Origin: an uncultured Actinomycetota bacterium
GTDB taxonomy: Bacteria; Actinomycetota; Actinomycetes; Actinomycetales; Micrococcaceae
DNA: 64,000 bases
Direction: 5' to 3'
Assembly (NCBI GenBank): GCA_963698285.1
Contig: CAVOQF010000004.1
Location: forward strand, 22,876 to 86,875
Made by a program: the position numbers and the translations under genes. Shown piece by piece: positions 21,918 through 32,499 of the stretch. Every line of letters starts with the position of its first letter. Position 1 is the first letter of the stretch. Below the pieces are notes generated by a model. It ran no database searches. It was not told the origin of the DNA and worked only from the letters and a program-made list of their open reading frames with translations.

Positions 21918-23189
21918 ATGAGCAAAACAACCCGTTCCGCCAGCGGAGCCCGGCCCCTGGCCGGCTTCCGGAATTCCGGCACTCCCCGCCTCCCCCGGGA
22001 CATTAAGGTGATGCTGGTCGCGGCCTTCCTCATCGCGCTCGGCTTCGGCCTCGTGGCGCCGGTGCTCCCGCAGTTCGCCACCACGTTCGACGTCGGCGCG
22101 ACCGCCGCGGCGGTGATTGTCAGCATCTTCGCGTTCATGCGGCTGGTGTTCGCCCCGGCCGGCGGGGCCCTGATCGTGCGGCTGGGCGAACGCCCCGTGT
22201 ATGTGGCCGGGCTGCTGATCGTGGCGGCGTCCACGGCGGCCTGCGCCTTCGCCCAGGACTACTGGCAGTTGCTGGTGTTCCGCGGCCTGGGCGGGGCCGG
22301 TTCGGTGATGTTCACGGTGGCGTCGATGGCCCTCGTGGTGCGGCTGGCGCCGCCGGAGAGCCGCGGCCGGGTTTCCGGCGCCTACGCCTCGGCCTTCCTG
22401 ATCGGCAATGTGTGCGGGCCGATCGTGGGCGGTCTGCTGGCCGGCTTCGGCCTGCGGGTGCCGTTCCTGGCCTACGCTGCGGCGCTGGTGCTCGCCGCCG
22501 CCGTCGTGCAGACCCAGCTCAGCCACGTGCCCGCGGGATCACGCGAGGCGGGAGCCGCTGCCCCGGCGATGGAGCTGCGGGATGCGCTGCGGGACAGCGC
22601 CTACCGTGCCGGGCTGCTCTCCAGCTTCGCCAACGGCTGGGCGACCTTCGGGGTCCGGATGGCCACGGTGCCGCTGTTCGCCGTCGCGGCGCTTGGCGCG
22701 GGCCCGGAGTCCGCGGGCTGGGCGCTGGCGGTGTTCGCCGCGGGCAATGCCGCGGCGCTGACTTTTTCCGGGCGGCTCGCGGACAGCCTGGGCCGGAAAC
22801 CGATGATGCTCGCCGGCCTGGTGGTCACCGGCCTCGCCACCGGCGCCATCGGTTTCACGCACGACCTGCCCTGGTTCCTGCTGGCCTCGGCCGTTGCGGG
22901 CATCGGGTCCGGGCTGCTCGGGCCGGCGCAGCAGGCGGCGATCGCCGACGTCGTGGGCAATGAACGCTCCGGCGGCCGGGTGCTGGCGGTGTTCCAGATG
23001 ACCGCGGACAGCGGCGCGATCCTGGGCCCGGTCATCGCGGGGCTGCTCGCCGACCGGCTGGGCTACGGCTGGGCCTTCGGCGTCACCGGCGGGGTGTTGC
23101 TCGTGGCGGCAGTGGGGTGGCTGCTGGCCCGGGAAACCTTCCGGGTTAACCAAACTAGCCCGCAGTTGCGGTCGTTTTCAGGGCTGTAA
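21918..23189 (+). CDS. MFS transporter
   Basis: About 12 hydrophobic segments; motif A 'SGRLADSLGRKP'. Confidence 0.92.
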   Translation: MSKTTRSASGARPLAGFRNSGTPRLPRDIKVMLVAAFLIALGFGLVAPVLPQFATTFDVGATAAAVIVSIFAFMRLVFAPAGGALIVRLGERPVYVAGLLIVAASTAACAFAQDYWQLLVFRGLGGAGSVMFTVASMALVVRLAPPESRGRVSGAYASAFLIGNVCGPIVGGLLAGFGLRVPFLAYAAALVLAAAVVQTQLSHVPAGSREAGAAAPAMELRDALRDSAYRAGLLSSFANGWATFGVRMATVPLFAVAALGAGPESAGWALAVFAAGNAAALTFSGRLADSLGRKPMMLAGLVVTGLATGAIGFTHDLPWFLLASAVAGIGSGLLGPAQQAAIADVVGNERSGGRVLAVFQMTADSGAILGPVIAGLLADRLGYGWAFGVTGGVLLVAAVGWLLARETFRVNQTSPQLRSFSGL

Positions 23190-23212
23190 ACGACAACTCA
23201 TGCGAGCTGGTT
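23153..23212. repeat. REP-like ~60-bp palindromic element
   Basis: aactagcccgca..gtcgttt-tcagggctgt-aaacgac..tgcgagctggtt nested inverted repeat between convergent MFS gene and ftsY. Confidence 0.6.
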
Positions 23213-23224
23213 GGGCGGGGCGGG

Positions 23225-24434
23225 CTAGTTCAGCAGCGCGTCCACGAAGCTTTCGGGATCGAACGGCGCCAGGTCGTCCGCGCCCTCGCCGAGGCCCGAC
23301 CAGCTTGACCGGCACGCCGAGCGACTTCTGGATCGCGACGACGATGCCGCCCTTGGCGGTGCCGTCCAGCTTGGTCAGCACGATGCCGGTGATGTTGACG
23401 ACCTCGGCGAAGACGCGGGCCTGGTTCAGGCCGTTCTGGCCGGTGGTCGCATCCAGGACCAGCAGCACCTCGTCCACCTCGGCGAGCTTTTCGATGACGC
23501 GCTTGACCTTGCCGAGCTCGTCCATCAGGCCGACCTTGTTCTGCAGCCGGCCCGCGGTGTCGATCATGACGACGTCGACTTCCTGGTCGATGCCGGCCTT
23601 GACCGCCTCGTAGGCGACCGAGGCCGGGTCCGCCCCGTCGACGTCGGACTTGACCGTGGGGACGCCGACGCGCTGGCCCCAGGTGGCGAGCTGCTCGGCG
23701 GCGGCGGCGCGGAAGGTGTCCGCGGCGCCGAGCAGCACGTCCTTGTCCTCGGCGACGAGCACGCGGGCGAGCTTGCCCACCGTGGTGGTCTTGCCGACGC
23801 CGTTGACGCCGACGACCATCATTACCGCGGGCTTGTCCGCGTGCCGCTCGACGTTCAGGCTGCGGTCCATGCCGGGGTCCACGAGCTTGATGAGTTCTTC
23901 GCGCAGCAGGGCCTTGACCTGCTCCGGCGACCGGGTGCCGAGCACCTTGACGCGCTCCCGGAGGGCGTCCACGAGCTGCATGGTCGGCTCGGTGCCGAGG
24001 TCCGCCAGCAGCAGGGTTTCCTCGACTTCGTCCCAGACGTTCTCGTCGATCTTGTCCGCGGACAGCAGGGTGAGCAGGCCCTTGCCGAAGATGTTGTTGG
24101 ACTTGACCAGGCGTTCGCGCAGCCGGGTCAGGCGGCCCGCCACCGGCAGCGGGGTCTCGACCGGTACGGTCTCAAGGCCGGCGACGTTGTCCGGCACCTC
24201 GACGGTCTCGAGGCCTTCGAGGTCGACGGCGTCCGAGGGCGTGCGCCCGCGGGGCGGCGCCGGGCGGTCCTCCAGCAGCGTGCCCCCGCCGGCGCCCTGC
24301 ACGGGGTCGTTCGCGTCGCGCTGCGTCGGGTAGTCGGTGATGTTCTTCCGGGTCTTCATGAGCACCGGAATCAGCGCACCGAGGACCACCAGGGCAACGA
24401 TGATGGGCAGGATGATGGGGAGGATGTCGTTCAC
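23225..24434 (-). CDS. ftsY: SRP receptor FtsY (one frameshift near 3' end)
   Basis: 'GVNGVGKTTT', 'DTAGRLQ', 'TKLDGTAKGG'; C-terminus 'LGEGADDLAPFDPESFVDALLN*' in the shifted frame. Confidence 0.97.
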
Positions 24435-24500
24435 TCCCCTAGCTTCTCACAAACCCCAAACGCCCCGCGGGCGGGCCGGCCTCCGCCCCGGGGAGGGGCC

Positions 24501-27500
24501 TCAGACCTCGGCTCCGAGCCGCTGGCTGATCACGGTGGAGACGCCGTCGCCGCGCATCGTGACGCCGTAGAGGGCGTCCGCGACCTCCATGGTGCGTTTC
24601 TGGTGCGTGATGACGATCAGCTGGCTGGACTCGCGGAGTTCCTCGAAGATCGTGATGAGCCGGCCCAGGTTGGTGTCGTCCAGGGCGGCCTCGACCTCGT
24701 CCATGACGTAGAACGGCGAGGGCCTGGCCTTGAAGATCGCGACCAGCAGGGCTACCGCCGTCAGCGACCGTTCGCCGCCGGAGAGCAGGGAAAGCCGCTT
24801 GATCTTCTTGCCGGCGGGCCGGGCCTCCACCTCGATGCCGGTGGTGAGCATGTCCGAGGGGTCGGTCAGGACCAGCCGGCCCTCGCCGCCGGGGAACAGC
24901 CGGGCGAAGACCCGGACGAACTGGGCCGCGGTGTCCTCGAAGGCCTCGGCGAAGACCTTCTGCACGCGCTCGTCGACTTCCTTGATGATGTCCAGCAGGT
25001 CCTTGCGGCTGGACTTGAGGTCCTCCAGCTGGGTGCTGAGGAACTGGTGGCGCTCCTCGAGGGCCGCGAACTCCTCCAGCGCGAGCGGGTTGACCCGGCC
25101 CAGGGCGGAGAGGTCGCGCTCGGCCTTGCTGCAGCCGCTTTTCCTGTTCTTCGCGGACGAAGGGTTTGCCGTCGACGATCTCGCGGCCGTCCTCGTCCAC
25201 CGGGGCGCGGAGGGCGGCCCATTTGTCCCCGGATTCGCCCGCCGGGACCGGCACGGGCCGGTCGGGGCCGAAGTCGGCGACGAGCTGGTCCGCGGTCAGG
25301 CCGAGTTCTTCGACGCTGCGCAGCTCGAGGGCCTCGATCCGGAGGCGCTGCTGCGCGCGGGCCAGTTCGTCCCGGTGCACGGAGTCGGTCAGTTCGGCCA
25401 GTTCGCGGGCGAGGGCGTCGTTGCCGGTGCGCACCGCGGCCAGTTCGCGCTCCATCTGCTCGCGGCGTTCCTCGGCGAGGTCGCGTTCGCGGCGGGCCAG
25501 TTCGACCGAGACGTCGAGGAAGCCGATCACCTGCTCCACGGCCGCGGATACGGCGGCGGCGCGGCCGGCCTGGAGCCGGCGGCGGCGGGCCCGCTCGGCG
25601 GCCTCCTCGCGGGCGCGGCGTTCGGTGGCTGCGGCCCGTTCCAGCGACGACGCCCGGTTGCGGATGGCGGTCAGCTGTTCCTCGGCGCTGCGCAGCGAGA
25701 GGCGGGCCTCCATCTCTGCCGTGCGCGCCGCGGACGCCGCCAGGGCGAGGGCGTCGCGGTGCTCCGGCGAAGGTTCCTCCTCGGCGGGGGCTTCCTGGGC
25801 GGCGGCCAGCCTGGCGGCGACAGCTTCGAGGGCCTCCTGCTCTGCCTGGATATTGGCCTCCGCCCGGGCCAGCGAGGCGGCGAGGCGTTCGCTTTCCGCG
25901 ACGGCGCTGCGCAGTACCGAGTTCAGATGGCCGAGCCGTTCGGCCACGGCGGCGAGCCGGGCGTCCGAGTCGTGCAGTTTCTCCAGCGCGGCATCCGCGC
26001 GTTCCTGGGCGGCGGCGCGGCGGGTCTCCGCGGCGGACAGGGCGAAGCGGTTGCGTTCGAGGTCCGCGGCCACGCCGGCGAGCCGGGTCGCGGCGTCGTC
26101 GACGGCGGCCTGGACCTCCAGCAGCGACGGCGCCGAGGCGGAGCCGCCGCTGACAGTGAACGCGGTGAACACGTCGCCGGCCCGGGTGACCGCGGTCAGT
26201 TCCGGCCGGGCAGCGATCAGCCGGGCCGCGGCGTCGAGGTCCTCGACGACGGCGGTGCCTGCCAGCAGCCGTGCCAGCAACGTCGCCAGCGGTCCGGCGG
26301 CGTTGTCCCCGACGGACTTGCCTCCGGCGGACTTGCCTCCGGCGGGGGTAACGAGCGCGGCGGCCCAGCGGCCGCCGGCAGGAAGGCCGGCATCGGGAAG
26401 CGCTCCGTCGGGCACCGGCGAGTCCGGCCCCGGCGCACCGGCCAGCAGCAGCGAGGCCCGGCCGGCGTCGTCGTCCTTGAGGAGCTGCACCGCGGCGGCG
26501 GCGGAGGCGGCGTCGCGGACGACGACGGCGTCCGAGCAGCTGCCCAGCGCCGCGGCGATGGCGGCCTCATAGCCGGATTCCACGGCCAGCATGCCCGCCA
26601 GGGGGCCGAGCACACCGGGCAGCTCCGCGGCCAGCACGTGCTCCGAGCCGTCCTTGCGGTTAAGCCCCAGCTGCAGGGCGTCGCGGCGGGCCGCGAGGGC
26701 GTCGCGTTCCCGCTCGCCCTCACGTTCGGCCGCCTTGAGCGCGTCGATTTCCGCCACGACGGCGTCCAGGGCCTCGGTCGCGGCCTCGTATTCGGCGTCG
26801 AGGGTCTCCTCGCCGTCCTCGACGCCGGCGACCTGGGACTCGAGCGCGGTGAATTCGCTTTGGGCCTGGCGGCGCCGTTCCTCGCCGGCCTTTTGCGACT
26901 CCCGCAGCCGGCCGAGCTCGGCCTGGGCGGACTCGACCCGGGACCTGGCGGCGCCCACCTGGCCGGCGAGCCGGGCCAGGCCCTCGCGGCGGTCCGCGGC
27001 GGCCCGCAGCAGGGCGGCGTGGCGTTTGTCCTCGGCCGCGGCCGCGCTTTCGGCCTCCTGCTTGGCGGCGGTGGCGGCGTCCAGGGCAGTGCGCCGCTCA
27101 AGAATCTGGTCCTCCAGGCCGGCCTGCTCCGCCCGGACCCGGGCTGCCTGCTTTTCCAGCTGCTCGGGGTCCCGGCCGGCGTCCGGAGCCGCGTCGGCCG
27201 CGCCGAGCAGGCGGCGGCGTTCCCCGGCGAGCGATCCGAGGGAGCGCAGCCGTTCCCGTCCGGAGGAGAGCTGGTACCAGTTGTCCCGCGCGGCATTGAG
27301 CCTTGGGGTGGCCTCGGCGGCCTGCTGCTCCAGCCCGGCCTGGCGCTGGCGGCCGCTTTCGAGCTCGCGTTCGACGACGGCGCGGCGCGCCTTCAGCGCG
27401 GTCTCGTCCGCGACGTCCTGTTCCAGCACGGACTGCAACTGGACCAGGTCGTCGGCCAGCAGCCGGGAGCGGGCGTCGCGGACCTCGAACTGGACGGTCT

Positions 27501-28146
27501 GGGCGCGGCGGGCCACCTCCGCCTGCTTGCCCAGCGGGGTGAGCTGGCGGCGGATCTCGCCGGTCAGGTCGCTGAGCCGTGCGAGGTTGGCCTGCATGGC
27601 TTCGAGTTTGCGGACCGTCTTTTCCTTGCGGCGGCGGTGCTTGAGGATGCCGGCCGCCTCCTCGATGAAGCCGCGCCGGTCCTCCGGGGTGGCGTGCAGG
27701 ACCTTGTCCAGCTGGCCCTGCCCGACGATCACGTGCATTTCCCGGCCCAGGCCGGAGTCGGAGAGCAGTTCCTGGATGTCCAGCAGCCGGCAGCCGGCGC
27801 CGTTGATGGCGTATTCGGAGCCGCCGGTGCGGAACAGGGTGCGCGAAATGGTCACTTCGCTGTAGTCGATGGGCAGCGCGCCGTCGCTGTTGTCGATGGT
27901 CAGCGAGACGTGGGCGCGGCCCAGGGGCGGCCGGCCGGAGGTGCCGGCGAAGATGACGTCTTCCATCTTGCCCCCGCGCAGGGTCTTGGCACCCTGTTCG
28001 CCCATCACCCAGGACAGCGCGTCCACCACGTTGGACTTGCCCGAGCCGTTGGGGCCCACCACGGCGGTGACGCCGGGCTCGAATTCGAAAGTCGTCGCGG
28101 ATGCGAACGACTTGAACCCTCGGACGGTCAGGCTTTTCAGATGCAA
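24501..28146 (-). CDS. smc: Chromosome segregation protein SMC (one frameshift ~25130)
   Basis: 'GPNGSGKSN', long coiled coil and hinge, 'LSGGERS', '[10 protein letters not shown]', 'ITHQK'. Confidence 0.97.
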
Positions 28147-28252
28147 GGTGTTTCGGGTCTCCTGTATGGCGGAAGCGGGGGTGTTTCCTGCCCTAAATCT
28201 ACTGGCACCGCAACAAATTCAGCGGATTTGGGGTTTCGGTGCCATCTTCCAG

Positions 28253-28314
28253 CGTCGATTGCTCCGTAACGGCCCTTTCGAGGCCTCATAACGGCAGTTA
28301 TGGAGCAATCGACG
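28253..28314. repeat. REP-like ~62-bp palindromic element
   Basis: cgtcgattgctccgtaac...gttatggagcaatcgacg 18-bp imperfect inverted repeat between mutM and smc. Confidence 0.65.
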
Positions 28315-28356
28315 TGGGATCGGGAGGAGCGCGGCAGCCTGAGTCGCGTGCGTCCG

Positions 28357-29335
28357 CTACCAGCGCCCGTTCCGCGGCCGCGGCTGGCAGACCGGGCACG
28401 AGTAGGACGAGCGGTTCATGAACTGCTCCCGCTTCAGCAGGCTCACGATTCCGGCCGCGGCGCAGCGCCGGCATTCCTGGCCCTCGCGGCCGTAGGCGTT
28501 GAGGGACCGCTCGAAATAGCCGGAGGCGCCGTTGACGTTGACGTAGAGGGAATCGAAGCTGGTTCCCCCGGCGGCGAGGGCGTTCGTCATGACCTCGCGG
28601 GCGGCGTCGAGCACCCGCAGCGCCTCGGGGCGGCGGAGCGTGTCCGTGGGCCGGGCGTAGTGGAGTTTGGCGAGCCACAGCGCCTCGTCCGCGTAGATGT
28701 TGCCGATTCCCGAGACCAGGCCCTGGTCCAGGAGTGCCCGCTTAAGGCCGGTCTTCCGCGCCCGCAGCCGGCGGTAGAACAGGTCAAAGGAAAAGTGCGG
28801 ATCCAGCGGGTCCCGCGCGATGTGCGAGGCTTCCTCGGCGATCAGCGGCAGCGGCGTCTCCGCGAGGCCGCCGGGACCGCCGTCGGGCGTGGGGATCAGC
28901 GAGGTGAGGAACAGCCCGCCGAAGATGCGCTGGTCCACAAACCGCAGCTGTTCGGGCATGCCCGCGGCGGGGCTGAGCCGCAGCCGGATCTTCAGGTGCT
29001 TCTCATCGGCGACGGCGGCGTCCTGCATCAGGAGCTGGCCCGACATGCCCAGGTGGGCCATCAGGGCCACCGGCGCCGTGTGCCCGCCGGCCGCGCCGCC
29101 GGACGGGGACGTGGGCGGCGGACGGGGTGTCGGAGAGCGGGAGCCAGAGGAATTTGCCGCGGCGGACCACGTCGAGCACGCGGGCGCCTTCCAGGTTTCC
29201 GGCGAAGTCCTCGGCGCCCAGCGCGTGCCGGCGGATGGAGCGCGGATCCAGCACCTCGACGGAGGTGATGGTCCGGCCCCGCACCCAGTTCACCAGGCCG
29301 CGCCGGACGACCTCAACCTCGGGCAGTTCAGGCAA
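28357..29335 (-). CDS. mutM: Formamidopyrimidine-DNA glycosylase (one frameshift)
   Basis: 'MPELPEVE', 'RRGKFL', 'HLGMSG', 'GIGNIYADE', C-terminal zinc finger. Confidence 0.96.
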
Positions 29336-29342
29336 GGCGGAC

Positions 29343-30107
29343 CTAGCTGCCGGTCTGCGACTTGAGCTGTTCGGTGCCGGCTGCCGCGTCCGCCGGAACT
29401 GCTGCGTCCGCCGGAGCCTGGGCCTGGGCCGGCGCGGAGAGCCGGCGCCAGGCGTCCGCGGCGGCTTCCTGCTCGGCTTCCTTCTTGGAATTACCCGAGC
29501 CGGTGCCGTAGTCGGTGCCGCCGATCCGCAGCACGGCCTCGAAGGAACGTGCGTGGTCGGGGCCGGAGCCCTCCACGGCGTAGTTGATCGTCCCGAGCTG
29601 GCGGCTGGCCGCGAGCTCCTGGATGCTGGTCTTCCAGTCGGTGCCGGCGCCGAGCGCGGCGGCGTCCTTCAGCAGCGGCCCGACCAGCCGCATCACGAGC
29701 CGGCGGGCGGTCTCCAGGTCGTTGGACAGGTAGGTCGCGCCGATCAGCGCTTCCATGGTGTCCGCCAGGATGGAGGCCTTGTTCTTGCCCTCGGTGAGCT
29801 TCTCGCCCTGGCCGAGGTAGATGTACTCCCCCAGCCCGATGCTGCGGCCGATGCCGGCCAGCGCCCGGGTGCTCACGACGGCGGAGCGGCGCTTGGCCAG
29901 GTCCCCTTCGGGCAGGTCAGGGTTGTCGCGGTACAGCGCGTCGGTCACGGAGAAGCCCAGGATGGAGTCGCCCAGGAACTCGAGGCGCTCGTTGGTGGGG
30001 ATGCCGCCGTTTTCGTAGGCGTAGGAACGGTGTGTCAGAGCAAGACGAAGCGTCCCGGCGTCAATAGAGACACCGAGACGCTTCAGAAGCTCTTCAGTTG
30101 AAGACAT
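29343..30107 (-). CDS. rnc: Ribonuclease III
   Basis: '[12 protein letters not shown]' signature and dsRBD '[12 protein letters not shown]'. Confidence 0.98.
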   Translation of the reverse strand: MSSTEELLKRLGVSIDAGTLRLALTHRSYAYENGGIPTNERLEFLGDSILGFSVTDALYRDNPDLPEGDLAKRRSAVVSTRALAGIGRSIGLGEYIYLGQGEKLTEGKNKASILADTMEALIGATYLSNDLETARRLVMRLVGPLLKDAAALGAGTDWKTSIQELAASRQLGTINYAVEGSGPDHARSFEAVLRIGGTDYGTGSGNSKKEAEQEAAADAWRRLSAPAQAQAPADAAVPADAAAGTEQLKSQTGS

Positions 30108-30128
30108 CTTGGTCAGCCTGTTGGCGGA

Positions 30129-30332
30129 TTAGACGTCTGCGACCTTGCGGCCCTTGTACTCAAGGAACAGCGCGGTGCCAGCCGAGTCGGTAACGACCTT
30201 TGCCTGGTGCGGGAGGCTGTAAACAACCTGTCCGTTCTCCACGGTCTTCACCAGGTGGGGGGCGGTTGCCTTCCACTGGGAGCGGCGGGCGCGGGTATTC
30301 GAGCGAGACATTTTCCGCTTGGGAACAGCCAC
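30129..30332 (-). CDS. rpmF: 50S ribosomal protein L32 (no zinc-binding Cys)
   Basis: '[17 protein letters not shown]'. Confidence 0.97.
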   Translation of the reverse strand: MAVPKRKMSRSNTRARRSQWKATAPHLVKTVENGQVVYSLPHQAKVVTDSAGTALFLEYKGRKVADV

Positions 30333-30368
30333 GGCTAACTCATTTCTCTCTAGTCCAACACTTACAAA

Positions 30369-30917
30369 TCAGTTTTGCCGGTCAGGCTTAGCCAGATCAG
30401 CTAGGGCAGCCCAGCGAGGATCTACGACCTCGTGGTGGTGCCCCGGCTCGTCTTCCAGGCGAACTCCGCATTCGGAGCAAAGGCCCTGGCAGTCTTCCCG
30501 GCACACCGGCTGGAACGGCAGCATGGTTACAACTGCGTCCCGCAACACCGGTTCAAGATCGATCAGATCGTGCTCGACTCGACGTTGCTCTTGTTCGTCT
30601 TCTTCATCCGGGAATTCAGCGTCCCCGTAGAAGAAAAGTTCTTGCACATTGACCTCAAGGTCATACGCAAGGGGATCCAGGCATCGACCGCATTCGCCGG
30701 TTACTTCGACGTTTGCGGTGCCCGATACCAGAATTCCTTCGTGTACGGCCTCCAGGCGCAGATCCAGCCCGACATCCGAGCCTTCCTGCACTCCAATGAG
30801 CGCCACGCCAAGATCACCTGGCGCGGGTACATGTTCCGTCAGTGTCCGCATGCTTCCCGGACTGCGTCCGAGGTCCTTGACGTCGAACGCCAGGGGCGAA
30901 CTAGCATCTCGTTTAAT
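30369..30917 (-). CDS. yceD: YceD/DUF177 family protein (probable non-AUG start at 30917)
   Basis: 'ECGRCL' and 'CREDCQGLCSECG..DPRWAAL'; the frame stays open and family-like upstream of the first ATG (30851). Confidence 0.9.
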   Translation of the reverse strand: MKRDASSPLAFDVKDLGRSPGSMRTLTEHVPAPGDLGVALIGVQEGSDVGLDLRLEAVHEGILVSGTANVEVTGECGRCLDPLAYDLEVNVQELFFYGDAEFPDEEDEQEQRRVEHDLIDLEPVLRDAVVTMLPFQPVCREDCQGLCSECGVRLEDEPGHHHEVVDPRWAALADLAKPDRQN

Positions 30918-31067
30918 GAGAACTCCTGTTGAACATATGACCGACGTATTATCTTAGCCTGAACTTCCGGACGGACTCAAACCGGACGGCAGCGCGCGGT
31001 TCAGCACCGCGAACCGGCCCGGCTGGGGCCGCGCAACCGGCAGCAGGCCGCCGAGTACCGATCCAGC

Positions 31068-31569
31068 TTACCCTCTGCGCGGCGGATCCCGGTCCGGCTC
31101 GCCGGACCCCAGCCGCTTCAGCACGGACTTTGGCACAAACTCGCGAGACGTCCCCGCCGAGCGTGAAGACTTCCTTGATCAGGGTGGAGGACAGGTGCAG
31201 GTAGTGGCCCTCGGCCGGTATGAACACGGTCTCCACGCCGGTGAGCTGCCGGTTCATGGTGGCCATTGGCAGCTCGTAGTCGAAGTCCGAGGACGATCGC
31301 AGTCCCTTGACGATCGCGGACGCTCCGCGCTGCCGGCAGTACTCGGCCAGCAGCCCCTCCCCCACGGGCTCCACCACGATGCCGCGCAGCGGGGCCAGGG
31401 TTTCCCGCGCCATGTCGAGCCGTTCCTCGAGCCCGAAACGGTATTTCTTCGCGTAGTTGGTGGACACCGCCACGATGACCTCGTCGAAGAGGCCGGCCGC
31501 CCGGGCGATGACTTCCAGGTGGCCGTTGTGGATAGGGTCAAAGGAGCCAGGGCATACGGCGCGTCTCAT
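31068..31569 (-). CDS. coaD: Phosphopantetheine adenylyltransferase (one frameshift near 3' end)
   Basis: 'PGSFDPIHNGH', 'KGLR..DFDYE', 'LSSTLIKEV'. Confidence 0.96.
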
Positions 31570-31617
31570 GCTCCGAACCTACCCCATCGGGCTTGCGGGC
31601 CGGGATAGCATGGCGGA

Positions 31618-32499
31618 ATGTCAGCATCCAAGAGTTCCTCCGCCGCGTCCACTTCCGCGCCGTTCACCGTCTCCGGAGGCGTCGTCCTTGTAACGGGGGC
31701 CGCCATGGGTATGGGACGCCTCTATGCCTTGCGCGCCGCCCGGGAGGGAGCCGCCGTCGTCATTCTCTGGGACGTCGACGCCGACGGACTGGCCCAGACG
31801 GCCGGCGAGGTCACGGCGCTGGGGGCACGCGCCGTCGTCCGCCGGGTGGATCTGGCCAGCCGGGAGGCGATCGCGGAGGCCGCAGCCGAAGCGCAGTCCG
31901 AGGGTCCGCTGACCTTGCTGGTCAACAACGCGGGAATCGTGCGCGGCGCCTTGTTCTGGGACCACGAGCCGGCACGGGACATCGCCCTGACCATGGACAT
32001 CAACGCCCTCGCACCGATGTACGTCGCCCACGCGTTCCTGCCGGCCATGATGGCCGACGCCGGCCGGACGCGCCGGATCCTGAACATCGCCTCCGCGGCC
32101 GGCACCGTCTCCAACCCCCGGATGAGCGTGTACGCCGCCTCCAAGTGGGCGGTCATCGGCTGGAGCGACTCGCTGCGGCTGGAACTCGAACAGCAGGGCT
32201 ATGACCACCTCAAGGTGACCACCTTCTGCCCGAGCTACATCTCCACGGGTATGTTCGCCGGCGCCCGCGGCCCGCTGTTCACGCCGCTGATGACCCCGGG
32301 CGACGCCGTCGACCGCGCCTGGCGTGCCACCACTGCCGGCCAGCCGCAGCTCATCGCCCCGGGCACCGCCCAGCTCGGGAAGGTGCTGCGCGGCCTGCTG
32401 CCGGTCCGGGCCTGGGACTTCGTCGGCGGGAAAATTTTCGGCATCTACACCACGATGGACAAGTTCACCGGACGAACCGACAAGGCGGGCACGCGGTGA
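31618..32499 (+). CDS. Short-chain dehydrogenase/reductase
   Basis: 'TGAAMGMG', 'NNAG', catalytic 'YAASK'. Confidence 0.93.
   Translation: MSASKSSSAASTSAPFTVSGGVVLVTGAAMGMGRLYALRAAREGAAVVILWDVDADGLAQTAGEVTALGARAVVRRVDLASREAIAEAAAEAQSEGPLTLLVNNAGIVRGALFWDHEPARDIALTMDINALAPMYVAHAFLPAMMADAGRTRRILNIASAAGTVSNPRMSVYAASKWAVIGWSDSLRLELEQQGYDHLKVTTFCPSYISTGMFAGARGPLFTPLMTPGDAVDRAWRATTAGQPQLIAPGTAQLGKVLRGLLPVRAWDFVGGKIFGIYTTMDKFTGRTDKAGTR

Noticed and set aside
24730-28269. Very long antisense ORFs (e.g. 1179 aa opposite smc, 905 aa opposite recG)
   Set aside because: Shadow ORFs expected from high-GC codon bias; no recognisable motifs
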